A stretch of 64,000 nucleotides of DNA from Octopus sinensis. Lineage: Eukaryota. The notes below the pieces were generated by a model. That model saw only the letters and a program-made list of their open reading frames with translations. It was not told the DNA's origin and made no database searches. The position numbers and the translations under genes are program-made. The DNA is taken from contig NC_043024.1 of the NCBI RefSeq assembly GCF_006345805.1, positions 7,626,001 to 7,690,000 on the forward strand, in the 5' to 3' direction. This document shows positions 63,570 through 64,000 of this stretch, piece after piece; the stretch's first letter is position 1; each line of letters starts with the position of its first letter.

Positions 63570-64000
63570 GATGAAAGTGATCTATGAGAAACATCCAGCA
63601 CTTGTTAATCATAAGGGCGTTATCATGACAATGCCAGCCCACACACTTCTTAGCAGACACAGCAGCAGTTTCTGGGGGGTGGGATTGGCTGGGAAATTTT
63701 GTTGTACCCTCCATATTCACCTGATCTCGCATCTTCAAATTTCCACCTGTTTTGATCTTTTCAAAATTCCTTGAATGGTCAGACCTTCAACTCTGAGAAG
63801 GATGTAAAAATTCAACCGGAAGAGCTTTTCCCTAATAAAAACAGGACATTTTTGAGCAGGGAATGACGGATCTGCCTAAAAGATGGCAGAAGATACTAGA
63901 ACAAAACGTTTATTATATTATTGATTGAATAATAAATCATTTAGTGATTAAAATCTTGTGTCTTATTTTCACTTGAAAAACTGAACAGTGATTTTAGCCA
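63570..64000 (+). mobile_element. Mariner transposase 3' fragment
   Basis: Degenerate NHKGVI, PPYSPDLA-like and LPKRWQKI segments across frameshifts. Confidence 0.7.

Overview
Repeat-saturated animal genomic DNA. The SINE/LINE/MITE/Helitron repertoire and AC/AT microsatellite load suggest an octopod cephalopod (inference). Nearly all long ORFs in the supplied track are microsatellite or repeat artefacts. The main find is a split gene on the minus strand that the ORF track misses. It has five small coding exons: 44311-44278, 22456-22337, 13854-13735, 5606-5496 and 2489-2379. All have canonical GT-AG sites and all introns are phase 1. They splice into a stop-free 165-aa N-terminal portion of a secreted cysteine-rich protein (signal peptide, a six-Cys VWC/pacifastin-like module and a decayed copy of it), and the gene continues off the left edge of the window. 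Its introns (about 3-22 kb) contain a 3'-truncated U2 snRNA copy, a nest of Helitrons (one carrying a PIF1-type helicase fragment), a 5.8-kb minisatellite, and many retroposon ends that have been multiplied into tandem arrays. Upstream of the gene (45-64 kb) are only decayed mariner, hAT, LTR-integrase, RTE and CR1 fragments, MITEs and SINEs. Repeat boundaries are approximate; exon boundaries were read base by base.
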